From assembly GCA_016935455.1 (NCBI GenBank), contig JAFGQX010000055.1:1-36731 (forward strand): a stretch of DNA of 36,731 bases, written 5' to 3'. The stretch's first letter is position 1, and each line of letters opens with the position of its first letter. The DNA is from Candidatus Micrarchaeota archaeon. Its GTDB lineage: Archaea; Micrarchaeota; Micrarchaeia; Anstonellales; Bilamarchaeaceae. A program made the translations under genes and the position numbers. A model generated the notes under the pieces. It was not told the origin of the DNA. It was given only the letters and a program-made list of their open reading frames with translations, and did not search any database. This document shows positions 1 through 8,934 of the stretch, piece by piece.

Positions 1-969
1 ATGAAATGCGTAGGACGCCAAAAGGGGGAATGCAAGTGTTGCCTCGGCCCATATCATCTGCTCACTGCTTGAATCCACTTTTCCCCAGGAGTTTGCTTCT
101 TTAAGCGTGGAGCCTGAAAGCGCCCCGTCCCTTACATCCGCAACGGTTATCTGCACTGCGTATTTGTGCATTTTTGCTTCTTCTCCAAGAAGGTCAGCTG
201 CAACGACTATGTCCTGGGCAAAATTTTTCGGAACCCCGCCTCCGAGCATAAGAAGGCCGGTATCCCCGCATCTAATTTTAATATCCGTAAGCTCTCTGAA
301 ATCTTTGACCGAGTCAATACTCACATACCTGTCCGGATTTTTCTTCTGGTGGTATACAAGTCCGAATCCTGCAGAGCAGTCTGAAAATGCGGGAACAAAT
401 ATCGGAACGCCTTTTTCATATGCGGAGAGAACAACTGAGTTTTCCGCCTTTGAGCCCTTTTTCTTCAGATATTTTCCCATTTCAAGTATAAATTCCCTTG
501 AGGAATACTGTCCGGGTTCAAGGGAATCTGCAATCTCCGCAATAGTCATATCGCAGACTCTAAGTTCGTCTTCGTCTATGTATGTATCGTATATCCGGTC
601 TATGTGGAGTTCATAAAGTTCCTTGTCGTCCGAAAAGGGGTCTCCCTTATAATGCCTGAAACCAAGAGCCTCAAAAAAGTCCTGGTCAACAATCAGCGCG
701 CCGGTTGAAACAACTGCGTCCACAAGATTATTGTTTATTAATTCAGCAACAGCATCTTTCAGTCCTGCGCTGAATATCGAGCCTGCAAGGGTCAGGATAA
801 CTGCAGTTTCCCCGTCTTTCAGCATTTCCCCGTAAAGTTTTGCCCCTTCTGCAAGGTTTCTTGCCTGAAATGACATATTGGAATATGCCTCAATCACCGG
901 TACTGCATCAATCTTTTTTATATCCACATGCTTGATCTGGTCTGCCAGATAATCTTTTTTTGATGGTAT
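1..969 (-). CDS. Deoxyhypusine synthase family protein (DHS/homospermidine synthase-like); 3' end runs off the window
   Basis: Absent from the ORF track; translated by hand. Contains ILTLAGSIFSAGLK, VSTGA, GGGVPKNFAQD, YAVQITVADVRDGALSGSTLKEANSWGKVD (catalytic Lys in SWGK) and EQMIWAEATLAFPLL. Likely start is ATA at 969 after a GGTGA SD; the alternative is GTG at 927. Confidence 0.9.
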   Translation of the reverse strand, partial: MPSKKDYLADQIKHVDIKKIDAVPVIEAYSNMSFQARNLAEGAKLYGEMLKDGETAVILTLAGSIFSAGLKDAVAELINNNLVDAVVSTGALIVDQDFFEALGFRHYKGDPFSDDKELYELHIDRIYDTYIDEDELRVCDMTIAEIADSLEPGQYSSREFILEMGKYLKKKGSKAENSVVLSAYEKGVPIFVPAFSDCSAGFGLVYHQKKNPDRYVSIDSVKDFRELTDIKIRCGDTGLLMLGGGVPKNFAQDIVVAADLLGEEAKMHKYAVQITVADVRDGALSGSTLKEANSWGKVDSSSEQMIWAEATLAFPLLASYAFH

Positions 970-1021
970 AAAATCACCTGTTTAATTTTGTTATGGAAAA
1001 TTATATTTATTTTGTGATTAA

Positions 1022-1570
1022 TCAATATTCAATTTCTCCCCATGATGTTTTCAGTTTTTTGCCTCTGCATTCTATAACCAGCACGGGCGAGTTTTCTTCA
1101 ATTTCTCCTTCTTTCCCAACCGGAACAACATACACTGCCAGATTGTCCCCGTCGTTAACATACAGTTTCACATACTTCAGCTCCGGAAAATGTTTTTTCA
1201 TAGGAGAAAGGTCTTTGATGATTTTCTTTTCACCGTAAGCTATCGCAGCCGCATCCTTAGGAGTCATATAAGCGTTGTTAAGCACTGCAATAACCTGAAG
1301 TTTTGGCCTGTTTTCATTTCCAGGAACCTCAATGCTCGTGGAAAAATTAGGGCCGATAACTGTTTTGTCTTTCCAGTATTTTTTTTCATTTTCCTCTTCC
1401 AGCTCTTCCAAATCCTCCAGCGCGACCTTTATTTTTCCGGTTTTTTTCTTGGAAAGCAGAATGCCTGGAGCAAGCAGTGCCGGCAATGCGGCTACATATT
1501 TTATAAACTCTCTTCTTTCCGGACTGAATTTATCTTTTCTTTTTGTTCTTTTTTCCCTTGTAATCTTCAT
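1022..1570 (-). CDS. Hypothetical exported or membrane-anchored protein with a twin-arginine-like N-terminus
   Basis: 182-aa ORF; ERREFIK is followed by hydrophobic YVAALPALLAPGILL. Confidence 0.65.
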   Translation of the reverse strand: MKITREKRTKRKDKFSPERREFIKYVAALPALLAPGILLSKKKTGKIKVALEDLEELEEENEKKYWKDKTVIGPNFSTSIEVPGNENRPKLQVIAVLNNAYMTPKDAAAIAYGEKKIIKDLSPMKKHFPELKYVKLYVNDGDNLAVYVVPVGKEGEIEENSPVLVIECRGKKLKTSWGEIEY

Positions 1571-1675
1571 TTTATCGGTTTATATCTGTTTATAAGTTAT
1601 TATAAATGTTCTTTTGTTTTTAAAATTGAAATATTAGATTTTTAAATCTGAATTGCCCTATAATTATGTGGTCAG

Positions 1676-2989
1676 ATGATTTCGCCTTTTGAGGAAAGAT
1701 ACAAAACAGAGATGAATGATGTTTTTCAGGAAAAAAACAAACTGGACAAATGGATGGATGTAGAAATTGCATTGGCAAAAGCTCATTATAAACTTGGAAA
1801 TATTTCGAAAGAGGATTATGAGAACATAAAAAACGCAAAGAATAAAGTGAAAGTTGAGAGGGTCAATGAGATAGAGGCGGAAATCCATCACGATTTGATG
1901 GCGCTTGTAAAAGCAATGGCCGAGCAGGCCGGCAGAAGCGGGGGTTTTGTCCACCTCGGCGCAACCTCCTATGACATAGAGGATACTGCAACTGCACTGT
2001 TATTCAGGGATGCAATGGACATAATTGAAAAAAGCGGAAAAGACCTTCTTAAAATTCTGAAAAAACTTGCGCTTGAGCATAAAAGAACAGTGTGCATTGG
2101 AAGAACCCACGGACAGCATGCCGTCCCTACAACTTACGGAATGAAATTTGCACTTTATTATCAGGAGTTAAAAAGAAACCTTAACCGGCTGAGTGAGAGC
2201 AGAAAAAGGATTTTAGTAGGGAAGATGAGCGGCGCGGTAGGGACTAAGGCCACATTTGGGAAGGATGCTGATAAAATGGGAGAATTAGTTATGAAAGAAC
2301 TTGGTCTGGGACAGGCAGAAGTAACTACCCAGGTAATTCAGAGAGACAGACATGCGGAGGTCCTGAGCGTTATTGTTTTAATCTCCTGCCTTATGGAAAA
2401 GATTGCAAAGGAAATAAGAAACCTTCAGAGAACCGAGATACTTGAAATCTCCGAACCTTTCAAAAAGAAGCAGGTTGGTTCCTCAACAATGCCCCACAAA
2501 AGAAATCCCCATAAAAGCGAGAGGGTATGCTCCCTTGCAAAACTTGTGCGTGCAAACATGGCTGTTGCCTATGAAAATATTGCTCTTGAACACGAAAGAG
2601 ACCTTACCAATTCTGCGAATGAAAGAGTCATATTCCCGCAGATATTCATAGCAACCCATTATATGATGAAGCAGACAGAGTACATTCTGTCCGGACTTGA
2701 GTTTTTCCCGGAGAATATCCTTGCCAACTTAAACAGGACAAAAGGGCTTATAATGGCGGAGCGGCTGATGATTGCCCTTTCAAATAAAGGGGTGTCCAGG
2801 CAGGAAGCACACGAACTGGTGAGGCTGTCTGCACAAAAAGCCTTCAAGGAAAAAAGAGAATTAAAAGAAGTAGTAAAAGAAACTGAATTTGCCGACAAGT
2901 TCTCAGCAAAAGAACTGGAAGATATTTTTAATCCTGAAACTTACATTGGAAACGCGGTAAAAATTGTGGAAGGGGCAGTCAAAGACTGA
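1676..2989 (+). CDS. purB: Adenylosuccinate lyase
   Basis: Fumarate-lyase family signature GSSTMPHKRNP, plus HLGATSYDI, GRTHGQHA and HERDLTNSANER. Confidence 0.96.
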   Translation: MISPFEERYKTEMNDVFQEKNKLDKWMDVEIALAKAHYKLGNISKEDYENIKNAKNKVKVERVNEIEAEIHHDLMALVKAMAEQAGRSGGFVHLGATSYDIEDTATALLFRDAMDIIEKSGKDLLKILKKLALEHKRTVCIGRTHGQHAVPTTYGMKFALYYQELKRNLNRLSESRKRILVGKMSGAVGTKATFGKDADKMGELVMKELGLGQAEVTTQVIQRDRHAEVLSVIVLISCLMEKIAKEIRNLQRTEILEISEPFKKKQVGSSTMPHKRNPHKSERVCSLAKLVRANMAVAYENIALEHERDLTNSANERVIFPQIFIATHYMMKQTEYILSGLEFFPENILANLNRTKGLIMAERLMIALSNKGVSRQEAHELVRLSAQKAFKEKRELKEVVKETEFADKFSAKELEDIFNPETYIGNAVKIVEGAVKD

Positions 2990-2995
2990 CCTTTG

Positions 2996-3922
2996 CTATA
3001 TCTCGATTGTTGCCAATTTTTTCTCTTTTCCACCTATTCCTTTCTTTACTGGGACTTTTTTCAACTTTTCGCTCTTTTCACCCTTTAAGAATATTCCTTC
3101 AGCCACCAGTTTTCCCTGTTTTTTTAAGTTTGCATCTATCTGATTTTTTACTTTGTCGTTATAAACGTAAAAGTTTCCAGGATTTTTATCTGCCAGCTTG
3201 CTTTGTATCGGGTGTATTGCCGAAATCCAGTTAATGTTATATTTTTTCTCCAGTTTTGCCCAAATGTATTCAGTATCAAGATAGTTTGCTCCATTGTATT
3301 CTTTTATCCCTTTGTATATGACCCCTGCGATTTTTTTCAATTCTCCCTTTGATTTCTTTAGTATATAATCTTTCATTCCAGAATCGCTGAGTTTCAATTC
3401 TTTCTTTACTTTTTCCTTAACTCTTTTCTCAAAATTCGCCTCGCTTTCGCCCCATTCTCGGGAAACTTTCTTTTTTTCCTTAGCCCAAAATTTTTCCTCG
3501 AGTATTTTGTATGCCGCGTAATATGCCAGGTCAGATTTGGTTTTTATCCCCTCAGGACTGTCAGGCACTCCTTTTTTATGGGCTTTGGGAAATATGTGTG
3601 AAACTATCTTGAGATTTTCCGGTTTAATATTTTTTGTTTTTTTGATTACTTTTATAAGTTCATTTTCAAAATCCTTGGCAAGTTTAGGCCTAAACTTTTT
3701 CAGTAATCTCATTGCAGTTTCCACTCTTCTCAGCTGCTTTGAATTCAGGTTATTTGTAAGAATCATCTCCGCAAGTCTTTTATCATATTTATTTGTTTTT
3801 GCAAGTTTTTCCAGCTCAAGCATTTGTTCATTGCTTATAGCTTCGCTTTTGTCATTAGTCCACAGTACTTGTACTATGTCGGTTCTGAATTCAACTTCTT
3901 CTTCAGTATATTTTCTTGCCAT
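2996..3922 (-). CDS. Lys-rich hypothetical protein, paralogous to part of the neighbouring 668-aa ORF
   Basis: 308-aa ORF sharing the DLAYYAAY...IKEYNGANYLD block with 4007..6013. Confidence 0.75.
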   Translation of the reverse strand: MARKYTEEEVEFRTDIVQVLWTNDKSEAISNEQMLELEKLAKTNKYDKRLAEMILTNNLNSKQLRRVETAMRLLKKFRPKLAKDFENELIKVIKKTKNIKPENLKIVSHIFPKAHKKGVPDSPEGIKTKSDLAYYAAYKILEEKFWAKEKKKVSREWGESEANFEKRVKEKVKKELKLSDSGMKDYILKKSKGELKKIAGVIYKGIKEYNGANYLDTEYIWAKLEKKYNINWISAIHPIQSKLADKNPGNFYVYNDKVKNQIDANLKKQGKLVAEGIFLKGEKSEKLKKVPVKKGIGGKEKKLATIEI

Positions 3923-4006
3923 ATTTAAATTTGAATTTATATATTTTTAAATATTCGTACGTCCGGATATACGTCCAAAATCTGTAATGAATCCGGACAG
4001 CAGACT

Positions 4007-6013
4007 CTAAATCTTAGCCTTTTTCTTTTCAGGTGCCTTTGCAAGTTCGTATTTCACAGGCAGGGTAACTTTGCATACTTTAAGGCTTTTTGTAAGTGCA
4101 ACAAGGTCATTTACATCACTTCCCACATGAGGCATTATTTTGGACCAGTCAACTTTAAGTGTAATCTTCTTTCCTTTTTCCACACTTATCGCATCGCTGT
4201 ATATCTTTGCAAGTTTGTTTTTATCTCCTTTGGGTGTCCGCCCTATTAGCTGGGTTACAAGAATACTTTTGAATGTTCCGGGATTGTTCTCTGCAAGTTT
4301 TTCCAGGGCTTTGCCGTACCCCGTTTTTACCAGTTCTTTTGCACCTGTAAATTTGATTTTCTTTAATCCTTTGATTGCTTTCCCCATTGCATCTGCCATC
4401 ATTTTTTCTCCAGCTTCAACGTTCTCGCCTATCTTTTCTTTAACATCCGGTGTGTATGAGTAAAACAGGGGGTCTCTTTCTTTAAGGGCCCACTGCACCT
4501 TTTGTATGGCGTCAATATCTACAACAGAGTATTTTTTTGATAATTCTGCGTATATATTTTCAAGATCAAAATATGTTGCTCCTTTGTAAGTTTTGATATT
4601 CTCAGCTATAATGCCCTGGATCTTTGAAATATCTTTCCTGCCCTTTTCCATTATATAAACTGCTTTTTCCGCATCGCTCATCTTTGTATCCGGTTTTAAT
4701 ATGTTCATCATTATTTGGTAAGCTGCATAATATGCAATGTCCTTTTTGTCTTTTACACCTTTAAGATTGACAGCAAGAATATCCTTAGATTTTATTCCCT
4801 TTGTGTAAACTGCAATCCAGGGATGCTTTACTTTCAATTTTGAGAGATATTTGTCAACCTCATCTACATCTCCGCCTTTTTCAAGTGCTTTGGCATGCAG
4901 TTCCTTTTTTAGTTTTTTGAAGTCTATTCCTATCCGTATGTCTCCTTTTTTCTTTTCAACCAGTGCGATTATCCCCGAATTAAGCGAGGTTATTTTTGAG
5001 ACAGCTGCAAGTGCTTCGTTTTTTTCGTATCCAAGATCAACGAGTATGTAATAAATCAGAGATTTTATTGCCTGCATTGTGGGCTGGGGATTGGTTATTC
5101 CGCCAAAGTGGAAATTTTTCAAAATAGAATAGACTGAAAGATTCTCTGTCTTTTCTTTTGAACTGGATATCCAGGGATGTTTTCTGTTTAGTTCTTTTCC
5201 AACAAATTCAACCAGTTCTTTTGTTGCTTCATCTTTTCCAAACTTGCTATAAAGATATTTTTCAATTCCTTCCCAGTCTATCTTTACCATTTTGTCTCCC
5301 TTGACAGGAAGAACAGTTATATATCCCCCCGCCAGTAATTTTTTCAGTGATTTTTTTATTCTTTTTTTGCTCGGCTTTTTCTCTTCTCCGAATTTAACCA
5401 GAAACAGATAATACAATGTCCAGTACAGTTTTTGTTTTACTGCAGTTTCCACAGTACCCATATACTCCTTTTCTCCGGGAATCACAGCTTCAATTGGATG
5501 AGAAAGCGCTCCTTTTTTTGCCTTTGCCACAGTTATTTTCTTCTTTAAAAGGCTGAACAGTTTGGGATTTTCCTCCTTTATTATTTCTATTGCTATCTGT
5601 CGGTAAGGGTCTGAAAAGTATTCTGCCAGCTCATCAGGAAGTTCTGAATATTCCCCCTTAATGAATAACTCCCCGCTTGCCGGATTAACTATCTCCACTT
5701 TTTTAATAAACTTGCTCATTTTTTCTATTTCTTCTGTCTTTTTTACAACCTCTTTGATAGCCTGATAAACCATTCCTTTGCTTTTAGCATAAGGCAGTAA
5801 TTCTGCAGAAGAGGCCCCGATTCCTTTTGTTATTAAGTCAACATATTCGTTTATAATTTTCTGGCTTGCTTTTCCTTTTTTCAGGGCTTTCTCAAATTCT
5901 TCGGAAAAATTTTCCTCCAAAATTATTTTTTTTAATTTTTCGTATTTCTTTTTAGGTATAAATCCATCAAAATGAGCAAGATTCAGCAGTATTCCTTCAA
6001 ATGTCTCGTCCAT
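4007..6013 (-). CDS. Large Lys-rich hypothetical protein with internal repeated domain
   Basis: 668-aa ORF with two units ending in KHPWI and a DIAYYAAY...IKTYKGATYFD unit. Confidence 0.8.
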   Translation of the reverse strand: MDETFEGILLNLAHFDGFIPKKKYEKLKKIILEENFSEEFEKALKKGKASQKIINEYVDLITKGIGASSAELLPYAKSKGMVYQAIKEVVKKTEEIEKMSKFIKKVEIVNPASGELFIKGEYSELPDELAEYFSDPYRQIAIEIIKEENPKLFSLLKKKITVAKAKKGALSHPIEAVIPGEKEYMGTVETAVKQKLYWTLYYLFLVKFGEEKKPSKKRIKKSLKKLLAGGYITVLPVKGDKMVKIDWEGIEKYLYSKFGKDEATKELVEFVGKELNRKHPWISSSKEKTENLSVYSILKNFHFGGITNPQPTMQAIKSLIYYILVDLGYEKNEALAAVSKITSLNSGIIALVEKKKGDIRIGIDFKKLKKELHAKALEKGGDVDEVDKYLSKLKVKHPWIAVYTKGIKSKDILAVNLKGVKDKKDIAYYAAYQIMMNILKPDTKMSDAEKAVYIMEKGRKDISKIQGIIAENIKTYKGATYFDLENIYAELSKKYSVVDIDAIQKVQWALKERDPLFYSYTPDVKEKIGENVEAGEKMMADAMGKAIKGLKKIKFTGAKELVKTGYGKALEKLAENNPGTFKSILVTQLIGRTPKGDKNKLAKIYSDAISVEKGKKITLKVDWSKIMPHVGSDVNDLVALTKSLKVCKVTLPVKYELAKAPEKKKAKI

Positions 6014-6113
6014 ACTTGATTTAATTCTTGTTTTTCTTTTTAAAACTTCCTTTTTTACTTTAATGCCGTTTGCAACTATAATTTAAACATATAATTCTCC
6101 CTCTGTAGATTCA

Positions 6114-6199
6114 TTTATAAATGTTTGCAGACACATTACTCCTTCACTAACTTTTATAAGTTGACGACCCTCCGATAAAATCAGAGGGCAACGTGGTGT
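6114..6199 (+). promoter_or_regulatory. Putative TATA box, leader hairpin and SD of the r-protein superoperon
   Basis: TTTATAAA at 6114-6121 (second candidate TTTTATAA at 6152-6159); hairpin at 6160-6192; GTGGTG upstream of the ATG at 6205. Confidence 0.5.
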
Positions 6200-6204
6200 T
6201 AGTT

Positions 6205-7137
6205 ATGGACATTAGAAAGCCTAAAAAAGGTTCTAGGGCATTCAGACCCAGGAAAAGAGCAGCGTCTCAGGTACCCAGAGTATTCTGGCCCCCGGTAGAA
6301 GAAAAAAGGATTCTCGGTTTTGCAGGTTATAAAGTGGGCATGACCCAGATTTCATTTGTTGACGATACTAATTCCCCTTCAAAAGGCCAGGAAGTAATAA
6401 CTGCAGCAACTGTTATTGAAGTCCCCCCGATGTTTGTTTACGGGATACGAGCATATATGTCAAAAAACAAATCCTGCGATTTTCTTGTTGACGATGACAA
6501 AGTAATAAAAGTACTGAAAATAAAGAAAAAGAAAGCTCAGAAAGAGATTGATTCTGCTTCAGCTGAAGACATCAGACTCCTGGTTTATGCGCTCCCCGGC
6601 AAAACTACCATTGGAAAAAAGCACATTGAAAAAATGGAGATTGCAGTGGGAGGAAAAGATTCCTCTGAAAAACTTGAATTTGCAAAATCACTTCTCGGGA
6701 AAGAACTCAAGGCAAGCGAAGTTTTCAAAGCAGGAGAGTATGTTGATATTATTGCAGTTACAAAAGGAAAGGGATGGCAGGGTCCTGTTAAAAGATTCGG
6801 GGTATCCCTCCAGAGAAGAAAGGCAACAGGCAAAAAAAGGCATGTGGGTACGCTCGGTCCGTTCCACCCAGGTTATCTTATGTATACTGCCCCGCAGGCA
6901 GGTCAGACCGGTTATCACAAAAGAACTGAACTTAACAAGAGGATATTCAGCATAGACGAGAATCTTGATGCCATAAATCCGAGCAGCGGTTTTCCTCAGT
7001 ATGGTTTTGTAAAAAACCAGTATATTCTTGTAAAAGGCTCCATTCCGGGACCTTCAAAAAGAATGGTCAGGCTGAGGGTATCAACGAGAGGAAAGGAGGT
7101 CAAAGAACCTGTTTTAAAGAACGTTTTTACTGAATGA
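6205..7137 (+). CDS. rpl3: 50S ribosomal protein L3 (uL3)
   Basis: GSRAFRPRKRA, GFAGYKVGMT, TKGKGWQGPVKRFG, PQAGQTGYHKRTE; ATG at 6205 after the SD. Confidence 0.97.
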   Translation: MDIRKPKKGSRAFRPRKRAASQVPRVFWPPVEEKRILGFAGYKVGMTQISFVDDTNSPSKGQEVITAATVIEVPPMFVYGIRAYMSKNKSCDFLVDDDKVIKVLKIKKKKAQKEIDSASAEDIRLLVYALPGKTTIGKKHIEKMEIAVGGKDSSEKLEFAKSLLGKELKASEVFKAGEYVDIIAVTKGKGWQGPVKRFGVSLQRRKATGKKRHVGTLGPFHPGYLMYTAPQAGQTGYHKRTELNKRIFSIDENLDAINPSSGFPQYGFVKNQYILVKGSIPGPSKRMVRLRVSTRGKEVKEPVLKNVFTE

Positions 7138-7148
7138 TGGTGATACCT

Positions 7149-7937
7149 ATGAAAGCTAATGTTTATTCTGTTGAAGGAAAAAAACTCAAAACAATAGACC
7201 TTCCCCCCCAGTTTGATTCAAAATACCGTGAGGACCTGATAAGAAGGGCAGTTCTCAGCGATGAAAGCGCTGCATACCAGCCCAAAGGAAATTACCGGTT
7301 CGCAGGTATGGAAACTTCTGCCAAATACCGCGGAAGAAAAGAGGCTTACGGTTCTCTTAAAAACAAAGGACAGGCAATGCTTCCCAGAACAGTAGTTCCC
7401 GGAGGTGGAATGGGTGTTGTAAGAAGGATTCCTTCCTCAGTCAAGGGAAGAAGAGCCCATCCTCCAAAACCGGAAAAGAAAATAATTGAGCTCATAAACA
7501 AAAAAGAATATGCAAAAGCTCTGAGAAGCGCACTAGCATCCACTATGGACAAAGAGATGGTTGCAGAACTGTGCGGAAAGGAAATCGAGGTTCCTTTTAT
7601 TTTGGAAACCGGGTTTGAAAAGATTTCAAAAACTAAAGAAATCATAAAAGTGCTTGATGCCCTCAAAATCTCAGATTTGGTTGCAAAAGCAAAAAACAAA
7701 AGAAAGAAAAAAACTGGAGTAAGAAAGAAAAGAAAAAAGCAGATAACAAAATCCCCCAAATATATTATATTGGTGGTTTCAGAACAGTCAGCAGTAAAAG
7801 CGGCAAAGAACATTCCAGGCTTGAAATCAGTGCTGGTGAAGGATATGAAAGTAAACGACCTTGTGCCGGGAGCAAAGGCGGGAAGAGTTACAATATTCAC
7901 TGAAAATGCACTGAAGGAGATTTCAGAAAAGTGGTGA
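7149..7937 (+). CDS. rpl4: 50S ribosomal protein L4 (uL4)
   Basis: REDLIRRAV, AGMETSA, GRRAHPPK; GGTGA SD; operon position. Confidence 0.96.
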   Translation: MKANVYSVEGKKLKTIDLPPQFDSKYREDLIRRAVLSDESAAYQPKGNYRFAGMETSAKYRGRKEAYGSLKNKGQAMLPRTVVPGGGMGVVRRIPSSVKGRRAHPPKPEKKIIELINKKEYAKALRSALASTMDKEMVAELCGKEIEVPFILETGFEKISKTKEIIKVLDALKISDLVAKAKNKRKKKTGVRKKRKKQITKSPKYIILVVSEQSAVKAAKNIPGLKSVLVKDMKVNDLVPGAKAGRVTIFTENALKEISEKW

Positions 7938-7942
7938 ATGAT

Positions 7943-8188
7943 ATGATAATCAAAGGCTCTATTGGAACAGAAAAATGGATTGGAAAAATAGAATTTGAAA
8001 ATACAATTGCATTCTTCGTTGACAAAAAAGCAACAAAAAAACAGATTAAAGATGAGATTATGAGGCTCTTTAATGCAAAGGCAGACGAGATAAGAACTCA
8101 TATACGCGGGAACCGAAAAATTGCCGTTGTAAAACTGGGCAAGGATGCCAAGGCTGAAGACATAGCCACAAAACTTAAAATGGTTTAG
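7943..8188 (+). CDS. rpl23: 50S ribosomal protein L23 (uL23)
   Basis: TEK...ENTIAFFVDKKATKKQIK; lies between rpl4 and rpl2. Confidence 0.93.
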   Translation: MIIKGSIGTEKWIGKIEFENTIAFFVDKKATKKQIKDEIMRLFNAKADEIRTHIRGNRKIAVVKLGKDAKAEDIATKLKMV

Positions 8189-8197
8189 GTGATTTAG

Positions 8198-8929
8198 ATG
8201 GGAAAACCGCTTAAGCATCAAAGAAGAGGAAAAGGCTCTCCGAAATATCTCGCGCCAAAATCCAGATTCAAGGTAGACCTTAATTACAGGAACTATGATG
8301 ATATAGAAAAAACTGGAGTTTTAAGAGGAAAGGTTGTTGATTTTGTTGACGACCCCGGAAGAGACTCCCTCCTTATGAAAATAAAATATGATAATGATGA
8401 AGATGGTTATCTGCTTGCTCCGGAAGGAATCGCAGTAGGGGATATTATTGAGATAGGCGTTCAGGCAAAGGTTTTGAACGGTTCGGTTCTTCCCCTTTAC
8501 AGAATTCCCGACGGTGCGCCGATATTCAACCTTGAAAGGTCCCCCGGAGACGGAGGAAAAATGGTAAAAACCCCGGGTTCATACGCAACACTTATATCCA
8601 AGGAAGAAGACCAGGTTTATATTAAACTTCCGAGCAGAAGGACAGTCAAGCTTTCAAACGAATGCAGAGCACAGGTCGGTGTTATTTCAGGAGGAGGAAG
8701 AAAAGAAAAACCCCTTATGAAGGCAGGTGCAAGTTTCTACAAAAGAAAAGCAAGAAACAGAAGATGGCCAATAGTAAGAGGGGTGGCGGCTTCTGCTTAC
8801 AACCATCCTCACGGAGGAAAACAGCACCATGAAGGAAGACCGACAACAGTCAAGCGCGGAGATCCGCCAGGAAAGAAAGTCGGGCATGTAGCTGCAAGGT
8901 CCACAGGAAGAAAGAAAGGTAGAGGTTGA
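8198..8929 (+). CDS. rpl2: 50S ribosomal protein L2 (uL2)
   Basis: MGKPLKHQRRGKG, DDPGR, WPIVRGVA, HPHGG. Confidence 0.97.
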   Translation: MGKPLKHQRRGKGSPKYLAPKSRFKVDLNYRNYDDIEKTGVLRGKVVDFVDDPGRDSLLMKIKYDNDEDGYLLAPEGIAVGDIIEIGVQAKVLNGSVLPLYRIPDGAPIFNLERSPGDGGKMVKTPGSYATLISKEEDQVYIKLPSRRTVKLSNECRAQVGVISGGGRKEKPLMKAGASFYKRKARNRRWPIVRGVAASAYNHPHGGKQHHEGRPTTVKRGDPPGKKVGHVAARSTGRKKGRG

Positions 8930-8934
8930 TTTTT

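Noticed and set aside
107..616. 169-aa plus-strand ORF from the track
   Set aside because: Antisense shadow of the DHS-family gene, which carries the conserved motifs.
7346..8221. 291-aa minus-strand ORF and many similar F/S/L-rich ORFs opposite the r-protein operon
   Set aside because: Antisense shadows of A-rich Lys/Glu codons in well-supported genes.
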